Origin: an uncultured Methanoregulaceae archaeon
Lineage (GTDB): Archaea > Halobacteriota > Methanomicrobia > Methanomicrobiales > Methanospirillaceae
DNA length: 64,000 nucleotides
Direction: 5' to 3'
NCBI GenBank assembly: GCA_964428385.1
Contig: CAYRYR010000001.1
Location: 20 to 64,019, forward strand
Shown: piece by piece, positions 1-9,887 of the stretch
Layout: every line of letters starts with the position of its first letter
How positions within the stretch are numbered: position 1 is the first letter of the stretch
The notes under the pieces: model-generated
What the model was told of the DNA's origin: nothing
Seen by the model: the letters and a program-made list of their open reading frames with translations, nothing else
Database searches by the model: none
Translations under genes and position numbers: made by a program

Positions 1-9
1 TCTGTACCA

Positions 10-2493
10 ATGAACACTCAATCAGGAAAATATCAGATTCTAGGAATTATTAATCCAGTCCTTGAGTCATCTGATTCTGATACTAATAACAATCGCATCA
101 TTACAAAGGATTATGTACTTCTGGGTGATGAGAAAGAGGATGCAAAAACCACTCCTGTGACTGGTCCTATTGTCATAAAAGAAGCGGGTGTCTATGAAAT
201 AAAGGACGACTTTATCTGTGGAAAGATGTATGCCGTTGAAATTCAGTCATCAGGGGTAACCATTGATGGAGGAGGCCATACTATTACCGGTGTCAATAAC
301 AGGGCTTCATGTGGGGTGTATGTAAATGGAAAAAACCCCCTGCAGGATATTACCATTAAAAACCTCAATCTGATACGATTTGGTGATGGTATCTGGTTGT
401 ATGAAGTCAGGGATAGTATGGTATCTGGTTGTTCAATTAGTCAGAATGATGACGCAGGGATTCGTCTGGATAAGTCACTCAACAATATCATTCTAAATAA
501 TATTATTATTGAAAATAAACAGGGAGTAGGGTTATTCCAGTCTCAATCAAATGATATCTATAATAATTACCTTGCAAATCAGTACAATGTGATAATCCCT
601 GAAAAACAGAATAATTTCTGGAACACCACAAAGCAGAGTGGTCAGTCAGTCACTGGTGGTACAATCATTGGTGGGAATGTATGGGTCAATCCTGATGGTA
701 CCGGGTTTTCTAAGACGGTCCCTGATTTGGATAGTGATGGTATTGGAGACATTCCCTATGCCATTGATGCTGATAATATTGATTATCTTCCACTTAAAAT
801 TAAATCAGAATTACAATCGGTTCAGTCTCTTCCTTTAGAACAATATGAGCCTGAGGTGAATCAGTCTCCAGATGTGTCAGTCCCTCCTGCTGTGGATAGT
901 GGTGCACCTGCTGAAGGTTCCGGATTACTGGTTTCTGATATCAGGGCTGTCAGTGTGCAGGTAGATGACAAGAGTGTTTTTGGTTCAACCCTCTCTCTCA
1001 CCGGTGAGCTTGAAAATTCGGGAACGAAAGATACCGATGTATGTACTATCTGCTTCTATCTCTCAAAAGATAGGTATAGCGATGAAAATGACTATTTTGC
1101 AGGAGTAGAAACCATTCCCTCATTATCTCCAGAGGAAATGGTCACCATACCACATACCATGGATATTCCATCTGATATTGAGAACGGACTCTATTATATT
1201 ATAATGGTTGCTGATGCATCGCAGATTCTCTCTGAGAGCGATGAGACAAATAATAAGGCTGTAACAGCAGGTCAGATCAAGATACAACAGAATGGATTAG
1301 AAGATTATATCTTAAAACAAGGGATATACGGACCAAAAGATAGTGTGACTCAGAATATGATTCCTGTCATAATTGAGGAAATACCTGTTTTACCTGAAGA
1401 GGAGACTCAGAAATCAATATCAGAAAATGAAAATAGAACTATAGAGATAACCCAAATACAGGATGATACCATAGAATCAGTTACATATTCTAAAGAGGAT
1501 CCTGTGAACCATGAGGAAAAGATAATTCCTGATTATGAGTTAGAAACAGGAACTACTGCTGACATTCCTCTGGTTCAGGAACAGTACCAAAAAGAAACGG
1601 TACGTTCTCCATTACCTGAATCTGATACGATAGCAGCTGATATTGTAGCAACCGGAATCCGGACGGTGACAACCGGCATTATTGGTGATTCCATCGTAGT
1701 GGAGGGTTATGTACAGAATCTCGGAAATCAGGCCTCTGATTCATATCATGTTGCGTACTTCCTTTCTGAAGATACAAAACTGGATGGAAACGATTCTCGT
1801 ATTGGCTCTTCAATATCGCGTCCTATCAACCCTGGGTGCCAGAGTTCGATATCTTATGCAGATTTTATTCCCAAAAATGTGATTTCCGGAATGTATTACG
1901 TTGCGATGCAGGCAGATTCAGGCCAGAATATACGGGAAGGAGATGAGAAGAACAATGTGTGCTGGACCGATGCTCCAATATTTTTTTCTGAAAAAGAAAA
2001 AACCGGTCCATCCATCATTGATCCTGTCTACCAGGAACTATATGAGACACGAAATGAGTCTGTTAGTGTTGGAGTAGGAGAAAAGCTATTCACAAATGAT
2101 GTACCAGCTGCTTCGATTGGGGGAATTCCCCTTAATATTGTGAATAAGGCAATGCAGGTATCGATACAAGCAGCTCCTATGAATGTGCATAGTGGTGATC
2201 GCATTACAATGAATGGCTGGATAACAAATGCTGAACTTGCACACCAAACGGTCTGGATTACGTATTATCTCTCAACTGATACCATAATGAGTTCTGAAGA
2301 TATTGTATTAGGATCAGCACATCATACCTTTATGCTTCCTGGTGAAACGGCACCAAATACCATTCTTGCTTTCATCCCATCAGATATCAAAACCGGATAT
2401 TATTACATTATTGGTGTTGTGACAACAGAAAACGTAAACGGAAGTAAAAAAGATTATGCCGTGGCAGCAACAGAAAAAATAATAATATTTTAA
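10..2493 (+). CDS. Exported surface protein. N-terminal right-handed beta-helix (PbH1/NosD-like) region followed by CARDB-like Ig-fold modules. Possibly 5'-truncated at the window edge.
   Basis: Frame is open back to nt 1. Beta-helix-type repeats (ITIKNLNLIRFGDGIWL, SGCSISQNDDAGIRL, NIILNNIIIENKQGVGL). Three repeats of the CARDB signature (YYLSKD/YFLSEDTKLD/YYLSTD ... GxYYI/V ... DETNN/EKNN). Confidence 0.6.
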   Translation: MNTQSGKYQILGIINPVLESSDSDTNNNRIITKDYVLLGDEKEDAKTTPVTGPIVIKEAGVYEIKDDFICGKMYAVEIQSSGVTIDGGGHTITGVNNRASCGVYVNGKNPLQDITIKNLNLIRFGDGIWLYEVRDSMVSGCSISQNDDAGIRLDKSLNNIILNNIIIENKQGVGLFQSQSNDIYNNYLANQYNVIIPEKQNNFWNTTKQSGQSVTGGTIIGGNVWVNPDGTGFSKTVPDLDSDGIGDIPYAIDADNIDYLPLKIKSELQSVQSLPLEQYEPEVNQSPDVSVPPAVDSGAPAEGSGLLVSDIRAVSVQVDDKSVFGSTLSLTGELENSGTKDTDVCTICFYLSKDRYSDENDYFAGVETIPSLSPEEMVTIPHTMDIPSDIENGLYYIIMVADASQILSESDETNNKAVTAGQIKIQQNGLEDYILKQGIYGPKDSVTQNMIPVIIEEIPVLPEEETQKSISENENRTIEITQIQDDTIESVTYSKEDPVNHEEKIIPDYELETGTTADIPLVQEQYQKETVRSPLPESDTIAADIVATGIRTVTTGIIGDSIVVEGYVQNLGNQASDSYHVAYFLSEDTKLDGNDSRIGSSISRPINPGCQSSISYADFIPKNVISGMYYVAMQADSGQNIREGDEKNNVCWTDAPIFFSEKEKTGPSIIDPVYQELYETRNESVSVGVGEKLFTNDVPAASIGGIPLNIVNKAMQVSIQAAPMNVHSGDRITMNGWITNAELAHQTVWITYYLSTDTIMSSEDIVLGSAHHTFMLPGETAPNTILAFIPSDIKTGYYYIIGVVTTENVNGSKKDYAVAATEKIIIF

Positions 2494-2498
2494 TGAAA

Positions 2499-3074
2499 TT
2501 ACTCTTTCTTTTCCAGCCCTGTAAGGGTGATATCAAATGTCAGATCCTTTCCAGAAAGCGGATGGTTCTGATCGATAGTAACATTTCCATTAGCAATCTG
2601 TAGGACCTGTACTTCCATAAATCCGTTCCAGAGTTTATCACCTGGTTTAACCTCAACACCATCAGGTAGCTGAATATTCTCGATTGGTATCTCTACAATG
2701 AGTTCATCCATTCGTGGTCCATATGCATCCTCTGATCCAATGGTGAATGTCTTGTTCTCATATTGTTTCATACCATAAATAGCCTGTTCAAATCCTGGAA
2801 TCATGGTTCCATCACCAAGCGTAAACATAAGTGGCCCTCTTCCTACTGAAGAGTCAAATACTTCGCCATTGTCCAGTCTTCCGGTATAATCGACAGTAAC
2901 ATTGTCACCAGCCTGTGCTGCAGATGGATCGGTAAACAGTTCTGGGTTTACATTAGCACCTGGAAGTGTTGTTGTAGAAGGTTCTGCAGGTCCCGTACCG
3001 GTACATCCGGCTGATATGATACAACCTACAGCTGCAATCAAAATTGCAATGGAGAGGCATATCTTTCGGTTCAT
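2499..3074 (-). CDS. FKBP-type peptidyl-prolyl cis-trans isomerase, exported or lipid-anchored form
   Basis: VDYTGRLDNGEVFDSS...GPLMFTLGDGTMIPGFEQAIYGM is the classic FKBP core. The N-terminus MNRKICLSIAILIAAVGCIISAGC looks like a signal peptide with a lipobox-like Cys. Alternative ATGs at 3086 and 3095. Confidence 0.85.
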   Translation of the reverse strand: MNRKICLSIAILIAAVGCIISAGCTGTGPAEPSTTTLPGANVNPELFTDPSAAQAGDNVTVDYTGRLDNGEVFDSSVGRGPLMFTLGDGTMIPGFEQAIYGMKQYENKTFTIGSEDAYGPRMDELIVEIPIENIQLPDGVEVKPGDKLWNGFMEVQVLQIANGNVTIDQNHPLSGKDLTFDITLTGLEKKE

Positions 3075-3155
3075 GTGGGTAGACATTCTGAACATCTCAG
3101 AAGAGTTGATCCGGTACTAGATTAAAGGATATGGAACCGATTGGATCTGATAGCT

Positions 3156-4265
3156 CTACCATGAAGAAATCGTGGGATTGAGCAGTATATCGTGGTCGAG
3201 GTCAGATAAGGCAACAGCTCCGAGCGCTCCGATTATGCCTCTCCTGCCATAGGTAAAGATATGTTGTGCATCTGCAAGACTTCTTGCATACGAATCAGTC
3301 ACGATGCCGTTGCGTACCTGACGGCCATACTCTTTTAGTTCATCGGTAAGTAAAAATCCGGTTTTAATGGCAATACCCCAGGAATCTGACAGCGAGGCAT
3401 CAGACACAAATTGAACTATTTTATTCTGGATCTCAATAAGACGACTTGGTTCTATCGCAATGTCTATCCTGCTACAGGAATTGCCACCTGTCTTATAAGG
3501 TACACCAGAAAAGAGCATGGCAACATGGTGCCCTATAGGGTAACATGTTGGAATTGAACTAATATATTGCAAGAGGGCCAGGGCAAGAGCAAAAGTGGCT
3601 CCTCCTTCCTCACTGTCGGTATCGTCAACACCAATGGCAAGATGGAGAAGCCCCCTGGTTCTGATGGTTCCTTCAACAATACTTCCTGCGTGTTCAATGA
3701 TGACTTCAAGCACACCCTCAGCCTGGGCCATCATATCTGTTAATGAGTACGCTGGTCCGCCGGTACACCTGATTCGCTGGATAACATCCTCACCATCGCA
3801 CCAGATCCCGGTAATCCCTACTGCAGGGAGTGGATGAAGTCCGATTGCAACATCATCAAAACTGCCTACCTGTGCGCACTCTCTCAGGGTGGTTCCATCC
3901 CGTTCTACGCCAATCAGAGGGCCTTTGGCCAGTCGGTGATGATATGCGCAAAACGCAGCACAGGCACTACTCATACAGTCATGAAATATCTCTATTCTGT
4001 CACCATCAACACAGGTAAAAATCCGCCGGCACGCTGTTGAAGGAAGAACACTGCGCGATGCATATCTGGCAGGTGCCCGTCCGTGAGGGGGTGCTACCTG
4101 AACAATGCACCCTTCCTTGTACAGACGTGATATCCAGTCCTGAGAGGTACTCCTGGGTGCTGATGCACAATTCTGTATATCCTGCACAGTAAACGATCCG
4201 TGTTCGATCGTCATCTGACACATTAACTGCAGGTACTGCCGTCTTCTCTCAATTAATCCATGCAT
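3156..4265 (-). CDS. Uncharacterised protein. N-terminal wHTH-like plus Cys/His-rich region, fused to a TiaS-type (Thr18-Cyt34 kinase domain-like) C-terminal half.
   Basis: Motifs GVDDTDSEEGG, VPYKTGGNS and GRRGIIGALGAVA resemble the N-terminal kinase domain of tRNA(Ile2) agmatidine synthetase TiaS. No OB or Zn-ribbon tail. The ATG at 4265 overlaps the hom stop by 13 nt. Confidence 0.45.
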   Translation of the reverse strand: MHGLIERRRQYLQLMCQMTIEHGSFTVQDIQNCASAPRSTSQDWISRLYKEGCIVQVAPPHGRAPARYASRSVLPSTACRRIFTCVDGDRIEIFHDCMSSACAAFCAYHHRLAKGPLIGVERDGTTLRECAQVGSFDDVAIGLHPLPAVGITGIWCDGEDVIQRIRCTGGPAYSLTDMMAQAEGVLEVIIEHAGSIVEGTIRTRGLLHLAIGVDDTDSEEGGATFALALALLQYISSIPTCYPIGHHVAMLFSGVPYKTGGNSCSRIDIAIEPSRLIEIQNKIVQFVSDASLSDSWGIAIKTGFLLTDELKEYGRQVRNGIVTDSYARSLADAQHIFTYGRRGIIGALGAVALSDLDHDILLNPTISSW

Positions 4266-5236
4266 TGCTCGTTACGAATGTAGAGGATATCTCCAAGTAT
4301 AGCACTTGCTGTCTCGATTGAACCGGCTCCTTTTCCGATAAACGTCAGTTCACCTGCCATATCTGTAGAGATGGTTATCGCATTTAACGACCCTTTGACA
4401 ACCAGTGGATGATTTTTAGGAATGATTCGGGGTGATATCCGGAAAAGATCTTTTTTTGGAACGATCTCACCAATGAGTCTGATAGTGCATTCCTGGTGTT
4501 CTGCAAGTCTGAGTGCATCGTCAGTAAGGAGGTCAATACCTGTTATCTCAACATCGTCCAGACTGATGTTTTTTCCAAATACGGTATTCGCAAGGATGAC
4601 AAGTTTTATTCCGGCATCAATACCCTTAACATCATATGTTGGATCCGCTTCAGCATAGCCAAGCTCCCGCGCTTCAGCGAGTGCCTGTTTATAACTAAGT
4701 CCCTCTTCTGCCATCCGCGTCAGGATATAATTACATGTTCCATTGAGGACACCGTACAATGCAGTAATCGTGTTTCCAAGCAGATCATGCTGCATTGCAT
4801 GAAGAATTGGAATTGCACCGGCAACGGTTGCTTCGTATCGTATCTGAACTCCTTTATCCTGGGCCAGGCTCTGTAATTCATTGAAATATAATGCGACAGG
4901 TCCCTTATTCGAGGTAACCACATGAGCACCCCGTCCTAGTGCTCTCTTGATATACCCGTATGCCGGTTCTCCTGAATTGGCATCGGTAGGAGTTACTTCA
5001 ACCAGGAGATCATAGGACGCCGTGGCAATCACATCGTCAGCGGTAAGAGAGGGATCTCCACATATTCCAGTCTCTTTTTTTGTGGTAAGAACAGTTCTGA
5101 TATCGATTCCATCCTCTTTGATGCAGGCACTCTTTGAATCAGCAACCCCGGTTACTATCAGTCCTAATTTTTTCTCGGCAATGGTCTCTAATATTCCCTT
5201 TCCAACAGCACCAAGTCCGAGGATTACAATTTTCAT
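4253..5236 (-). CDS. hom: Homoserine dehydrogenase
   Basis: MKIVILGLGAVGKG Rossmann start; full-length similarity pattern to the Hom family (SNKGPVA, GTCNYILT, EADPTYDVKGID). Confidence 0.9.
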   Translation of the reverse strand: MKIVILGLGAVGKGILETIAEKKLGLIVTGVADSKSACIKEDGIDIRTVLTTKKETGICGDPSLTADDVIATASYDLLVEVTPTDANSGEPAYGYIKRALGRGAHVVTSNKGPVALYFNELQSLAQDKGVQIRYEATVAGAIPILHAMQHDLLGNTITALYGVLNGTCNYILTRMAEEGLSYKQALAEARELGYAEADPTYDVKGIDAGIKLVILANTVFGKNISLDDVEITGIDLLTDDALRLAEHQECTIRLIGEIVPKKDLFRISPRIIPKNHPLVVKGSLNAITISTDMAGELTFIGKGAGSIETASAILGDILYIRNEQCMD

Positions 5237-5724
5237 CGTGTCTCCTCCAGAGGTTCGATGAGAAGGAAGCCCTTTTTTTCTGCCACTTTTCTGAGTATTT
5301 CCAGAGCGTGTTCCATATCCTGCCTGGTAACGGATCGAATCATTAATTGTGCTGATGATCGCTCTTCAATGGCTGGCATAGCCATATTCATATGAGTTAT
5401 CTCTGCATATCCTGTTCCATCTATCTGATCAATCGTGTCTGCAAGGTCGGTATGTACCAGGTGCCCTATGAGGATTACTGATAACCGGTACGAAAACCGT
5501 TCCTGCCCGATCTTCAGTACATGAATTCCCCTTTCCTTAAAGAGAGTGATAAGATTTTCGAGGCGTTCCTGTGGAATTTCAATAACTACTTCAACAGACA
5601 GGGAATCTTCTTCATTCTCCTGATCATGCTCATGAATAACAGTCTTTATATTTCCACCAATATCTGAAATTGGTGAGAGAGCTGCAACCAGGTGACCAGG
5701 AGAATCACGAATCTCAAGTTTCAT
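5233..5724 (-). CDS. ACT-domain amino-acid-binding protein (usual partner of archaeal hom)
   Basis: MKLEIRDSPGHLVAALSPI... ACT-like beta-alpha-beta start. Stop/start overlap (ATGA) with hom at 5233-5236. The ORF track start at 5736 is GTG; the first ATG is at 5724. Confidence 0.7.
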   Translation of the reverse strand: MKLEIRDSPGHLVAALSPISDIGGNIKTVIHEHDQENEEDSLSVEVVIEIPQERLENLITLFKERGIHVLKIGQERFSYRLSVILIGHLVHTDLADTIDQIDGTGYAEITHMNMAMPAIEERSSAQLMIRSVTRQDMEHALEILRKVAEKKGFLLIEPLEETR

Positions 5725-5919
5725 CGATACCTGCACGGTTCATCTCCTACACTAATCTGAGATCCAATAATGGATAAGGTTCTCAGTATCGACATGGCAC
5801 CTCTCATAGAGATTTCATGCAACTATTACCCGTAGATCGCTTTGTCCCACTCTGTGAGGCGTAGTACTGTTACGATGACCCGGGCACTTGTTTTGAGCAA
5901 AAGAAAGAGAATAGAACTA

Positions 5920-7224
5920 TCAGAATACTATTGGGATAGTTTCCGGGAACATGATATAGAGAAGTATCAACCCTGTAGTGACAGTTGTAAACGTTATCAG
6001 GGCTCCTAATTTTAAAAACTGAATGAATGTGATAGATTCGCCTTCGCGCTCCATAATTCCAAGGACCACAACATTAGCAGATGCACCGATGGCGGTAAGA
6101 TTCCCCCCCAGACATGCTCCAAGTGAAAGTGCCCACCATAATGGATAGATATCAAAAGCCCCAGATACTCCCAGATCCTGAATCAATGGTATCATGGCGG
6201 CAGTCAGGGGAATGTTATCAACAAGACCTGAAGCGATAGCTGAAAACCAGGTGATGATGAACATCGCTTCACCAGTGCCATTGACTGAATGTATCATGAC
6301 ATCTGCAATTGAAGTGATAAGCCCGGTCTCGACAAGACCGCCAACCAGAATAAATAATCCTCCAAAGAAGAAGAGGGCTGGCCACTCTATCTTCTCAAGG
6401 ATCAATTCAGGCGACTCTCTGCTCCAGATTAAAAGGATGGATGCACCAATAAGAGCTACTTCTGCAGGTTCAAGTCCGAGACTGGAATGCAGAAAGAATA
6501 GAGCAATAACCAGTAGCAAAACGATTACAGATTTTGTAAAGAGAGGTTTATCCAGAATTGCAGATTTTTCATCAAGCCCGTTTATTGCATGTGCTATTGT
6601 TTTTTGGTCATCTGCACTTATTTTCAGTTCTTTTCCATAGAGCGCATAGAGAATTATGAGAACAACGACCATATCCACAATGGCAATCGGCCCCATAACA
6701 GTAAGAAAATCATTAAAACCGAGTCCTGATGCAGATGCTATCATAATATTTGGCGGATCACCAATGAGCGTTGCAGCCCCCCCGATGTTTGACGCAAAAA
6801 TCTCAGATATCAGGAATGGAAGCGGATTGATATTCATCAGCCTGGAGATGGTCAGGATCATTGGTGTCATTAAAAGAACGGTGGTAACATTATCCAAAAA
6901 TGCACTTGAAACAGCAGTTACGATGGCAAATAAAAACAGCACATATATAGGATTTCCTTTCGCTGCTTTTCCGGTAATAATGGCAATATATTCAAAAAGA
7001 CCACTATTACGTGAGGTATTCACAATTATCATCATTCCCATCAGAAGAAAGATGGTTCCAAAATCAATGTGATGAAGTACCTGGTCCCAGGAGAGGATCC
7101 CAAATAGGATAAGGACAGATGCACCTGCCATTGCACAGACCGCGCGATGAATCCGTTCATCTACGATGAGGGCATATGTTACAATAAAGACGAGCAGGGC
7201 AATTATTTCAGGAGTAAAAACCAT
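5920..7224 (-). CDS. ArsB/NhaD-superfamily (CitMHS-like) anion/cation permease
   Basis: 434-aa polytopic membrane protein with the two-lobed ArsB/NhaD layout (FLDNVTTVLLMTP, GDPPNIMI, LVDNIPLTAAMIP). Confidence 0.75.
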   Translation of the reverse strand: MVFTPEIIALLVFIVTYALIVDERIHRAVCAMAGASVLILFGILSWDQVLHHIDFGTIFLLMGMMIIVNTSRNSGLFEYIAIITGKAAKGNPIYVLFLFAIVTAVSSAFLDNVTTVLLMTPMILTISRLMNINPLPFLISEIFASNIGGAATLIGDPPNIMIASASGLGFNDFLTVMGPIAIVDMVVVLIILYALYGKELKISADDQKTIAHAINGLDEKSAILDKPLFTKSVIVLLLVIALFFLHSSLGLEPAEVALIGASILLIWSRESPELILEKIEWPALFFFGGLFILVGGLVETGLITSIADVMIHSVNGTGEAMFIITWFSAIASGLVDNIPLTAAMIPLIQDLGVSGAFDIYPLWWALSLGACLGGNLTAIGASANVVVLGIMEREGESITFIQFLKLGALITFTTVTTGLILLYIMFPETIPIVF

Positions 7225-7239
7225 GTGATTACCGCTTTA

Positions 7240-7785
7240 CTAATAAAAAAGGATTGAAATCCCTATTTCCCTGTTTATTCGAAGAGCAATGGGACTCAGT
7301 GTTTTTGAGACACTGGTATCTGTTCCGTACCGTTTTGAAAGAACCACAAGATCCTGGTCTGATGCTAAACGTATGCAATCATCTAACTTTGATCCCGTGA
7401 CAATACTGGACTGTACTGAAAAACCAGCATCATATAGCAATTCAGTCCCGATTTTAAGGAATTCTCCTGCTTTTTCTTTTTTTAATCTGGTATACTCATC
7501 TGCAGATTCAGAACCAAGTATCCGTTCAATACGTGTAATAATTTGCGTATCAATGATATAGGTCAAATGGATTGTTGCTCCGGTAAATAGATGTAATGTT
7601 GTCAGAAGATGTTGTGGTAGTCCTTCGTGCGTGTAATCAAGTGGCATGATAATATTTTTAATGGGCGATAAGGCCAGTTCTTCCTCGGTGAGCAGAAAAT
7701 CACAGTAGTCACTCCTGATCTGTTCGTATTGTGATCCAATAAGATCAGAAAATTTTCTGCTCATAAGTGAGGAGTAGTATCCCAT
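7240..7785 (-). CDS. Universal stress protein (UspA)-like domain protein
   Basis: C-terminal USP-like pattern (DDCIRLASDQDLVVLSKRYG...LSPIALRINREIGISILFY). Lies 16 nt upstream of the permease gene on the same strand. Confidence 0.45.
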   Translation of the reverse strand: MGYYSSLMSRKFSDLIGSQYEQIRSDYCDFLLTEEELALSPIKNIIMPLDYTHEGLPQHLLTTLHLFTGATIHLTYIIDTQIITRIERILGSESADEYTRLKKEKAGEFLKIGTELLYDAGFSVQSSIVTGSKLDDCIRLASDQDLVVLSKRYGTDTSVSKTLSPIALRINREIGISILFY

Positions 7786-7860
7786 AGTATTGTATAGGTA
7801 TCATCGGAAAAGAAAAATATGTTGTGGATGAATCTGATATCTGAAAGAAATGGGTATTGA

Positions 7861-9708
7861 TTAGATTATAGTAAGGGGTTTTTCATTTGTCAGAGCGTTA
7901 TTATCATTCTGACATTCATCCATCATGTGAGTATAATCAACAATTGCACCGATATAGTATGGTCCCGGAACCGTTGTTTTTGGAACTGTTACCCGATCGA
8001 TATAACTTCCAATAATACCGGCTCCGAGTTGATAGTAATAATGTGAACCAATGAATGTATCCGATGTTTCGGTAATATTATCCTGTGAGAGATAATATGC
8101 TACATAAAATGGTCCTGCATCAACATTTCCTGCATTTGCAACTGTTGCACGTGCACGAAATGATGAATCCCGCTTGATCTGGTTTTCTTCACACTCAACT
8201 GATAAAACGATAAGGTCTGTACCATGTTCACATCCTGGAGTTGGTTCTGGTGATATCATCGTTGGTTCAGGAGTAATGGTACCATTTGTGATTGTCCCTG
8301 ATTTATGAGGTGTTGCAAGTGTTAATGGTGCAGAAACCTGAGATATTTTATAAGATACTACACTTACATTGTGTTCCCATACGTCATATCCAACCTGTTT
8401 TAGTACAAGATTATAGCGTCCAGGCTGGAGGTTTGTGATGGTATATGGAGTTACCCCTACTGCTGTTCCATCAAGAAATACCATGGCTCCAAGAGGTGTG
8501 GACCCAATCATGATGGCACCTGGTATGGGTGTAGGTGCAGGTGTTACCGTTTTTGGTTGTACAGCAGATTCAGTACTGGTGAGCCGTACCGTCATGATGA
8601 CTGTTCTTCCTGTGATTACATCAATTTGTCCCTGCCACTGTTGATAGCCGGGTTTGTCAAGTATCAACATATGTGTTCCTGGAGAAAGACCGGGTATTGT
8701 GGCTGGCGAAAGACCATATTGTACTCCGTCAAGAGTTATCCGGGCACCGTTTGGTATTGAACTGATAGTTATGGCTCCGGTTTCATCAGAGGGTGTTGGA
8801 GGAATAAGGGTTGGTGTTGGTACAACCACGGTTACCGGTACCCCTCCGACATTATCAGCGGCAGAGTCTTTTGTGAGGACATGAGTTGAGTCTGCAACTG
8901 CAGCAAGGTAATAGGTACCAGGTTGAACTGAAGCAGGCATTTGAACGGTATAATTAACAAGGGAGTAGGAAATTCTTGGTACTGAAAAGTACTGGGCAAT
9001 AAATGAGTACCCAAGGTATGGATCATCTGGAGAAATGGTTGTACTCCCTGACAGGAAGTAGGAGATGTAAAAACCACCTGCTGACTGGTTTCCCTTGTTA
9101 TAAATGAGGGTCTGTACAGGAAATGTACTTCCTGCTGATACCTGTTCGGGAACCCCCATCTTTACAACCGTAATATCAGGCCATTCTACTTCAGGGGTTG
9201 GTTCCGGTGTCGGACCTGCCATTGGTGTCTCAACCGGTATAGATCCTTCTTTGCCTACGATAAAGGATACTGGGCTTACACCGGTATTATTTAGTTTGTC
9301 CGGCTCCTGAATCCAGCCTGGTGGATCAATGACAGCTCCGATATAATAGGAGCCATCACGTACTCCTGAAGGAATGGTTAGAGATGCCTGACTGATGAGT
9401 GTTTCACCTGGTCCGATTGAGAAGATATAATTGTAACCAAGATAGGTATCAGATTGATCAATCTCGAGGTCCTTTGAGAGATAATAATAGATATAAAAGC
9501 CGGATGCACTCTCATTTCCAATATTTTGTACTGCACAGGATACCTGTACTTTGGTATGTATATCTCCGGATGAAGGTGTAAACTCAAGTCCGGTCAGGGT
9601 AAGATCAGGCATACCCGGTGATCCACTCACTGATACAGTCAGGATCAGTATCAAGATGCACCCTGTGATAACTCCGTTTATGAGATGGTTCACGCAATAA
9701 TCCCTCAC
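7861..9708 (-). CDS. Exported surface protein with three CARDB-like modules and two PEGA domains
   Basis: Signal/TM segment at the N-terminus. CARDB signatures (YYYLSKDLEIDQSD, YFLSGSTTISPDD, YYLSQDNITETSD plus GxYYIGA). PEGA units (ISSIPNGARITLDGVQYGLSPATIPGLSPGTHMLILDKPGYQ; IGSTPLGAMVFLDGTAVGVTPYTITNLQPGRYNLVLKQVGYD). Start codon is GTG. Confidence 0.75.
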   Translation of the reverse strand: MRDYCVNHLINGVITGCILILILTVSVSGSPGMPDLTLTGLEFTPSSGDIHTKVQVSCAVQNIGNESASGFYIYYYLSKDLEIDQSDTYLGYNYIFSIGPGETLISQASLTIPSGVRDGSYYIGAVIDPPGWIQEPDKLNNTGVSPVSFIVGKEGSIPVETPMAGPTPEPTPEVEWPDITVVKMGVPEQVSAGSTFPVQTLIYNKGNQSAGGFYISYFLSGSTTISPDDPYLGYSFIAQYFSVPRISYSLVNYTVQMPASVQPGTYYLAAVADSTHVLTKDSAADNVGGVPVTVVVPTPTLIPPTPSDETGAITISSIPNGARITLDGVQYGLSPATIPGLSPGTHMLILDKPGYQQWQGQIDVITGRTVIMTVRLTSTESAVQPKTVTPAPTPIPGAIMIGSTPLGAMVFLDGTAVGVTPYTITNLQPGRYNLVLKQVGYDVWEHNVSVVSYKISQVSAPLTLATPHKSGTITNGTITPEPTMISPEPTPGCEHGTDLIVLSVECEENQIKRDSSFRARATVANAGNVDAGPFYVAYYLSQDNITETSDTFIGSHYYYQLGAGIIGSYIDRVTVPKTTVPGPYYIGAIVDYTHMMDECQNDNNALTNEKPLTII

Positions 9709-9887
9709 ATCTATGAATTATTAGTTTACTTTGATTCCAACGATTAAAAATGTATTTGAGGTCAGATTTTTTTAGTATTTGGAGAAACTGTGGATCTTTG
9801 GAACGTTATGATGTAACTGTCATTATTGATCTGTAAATCGGTTTAGACAAAAAAAGATAAATGTCCCGTTATTATTGGTTTAATAGA

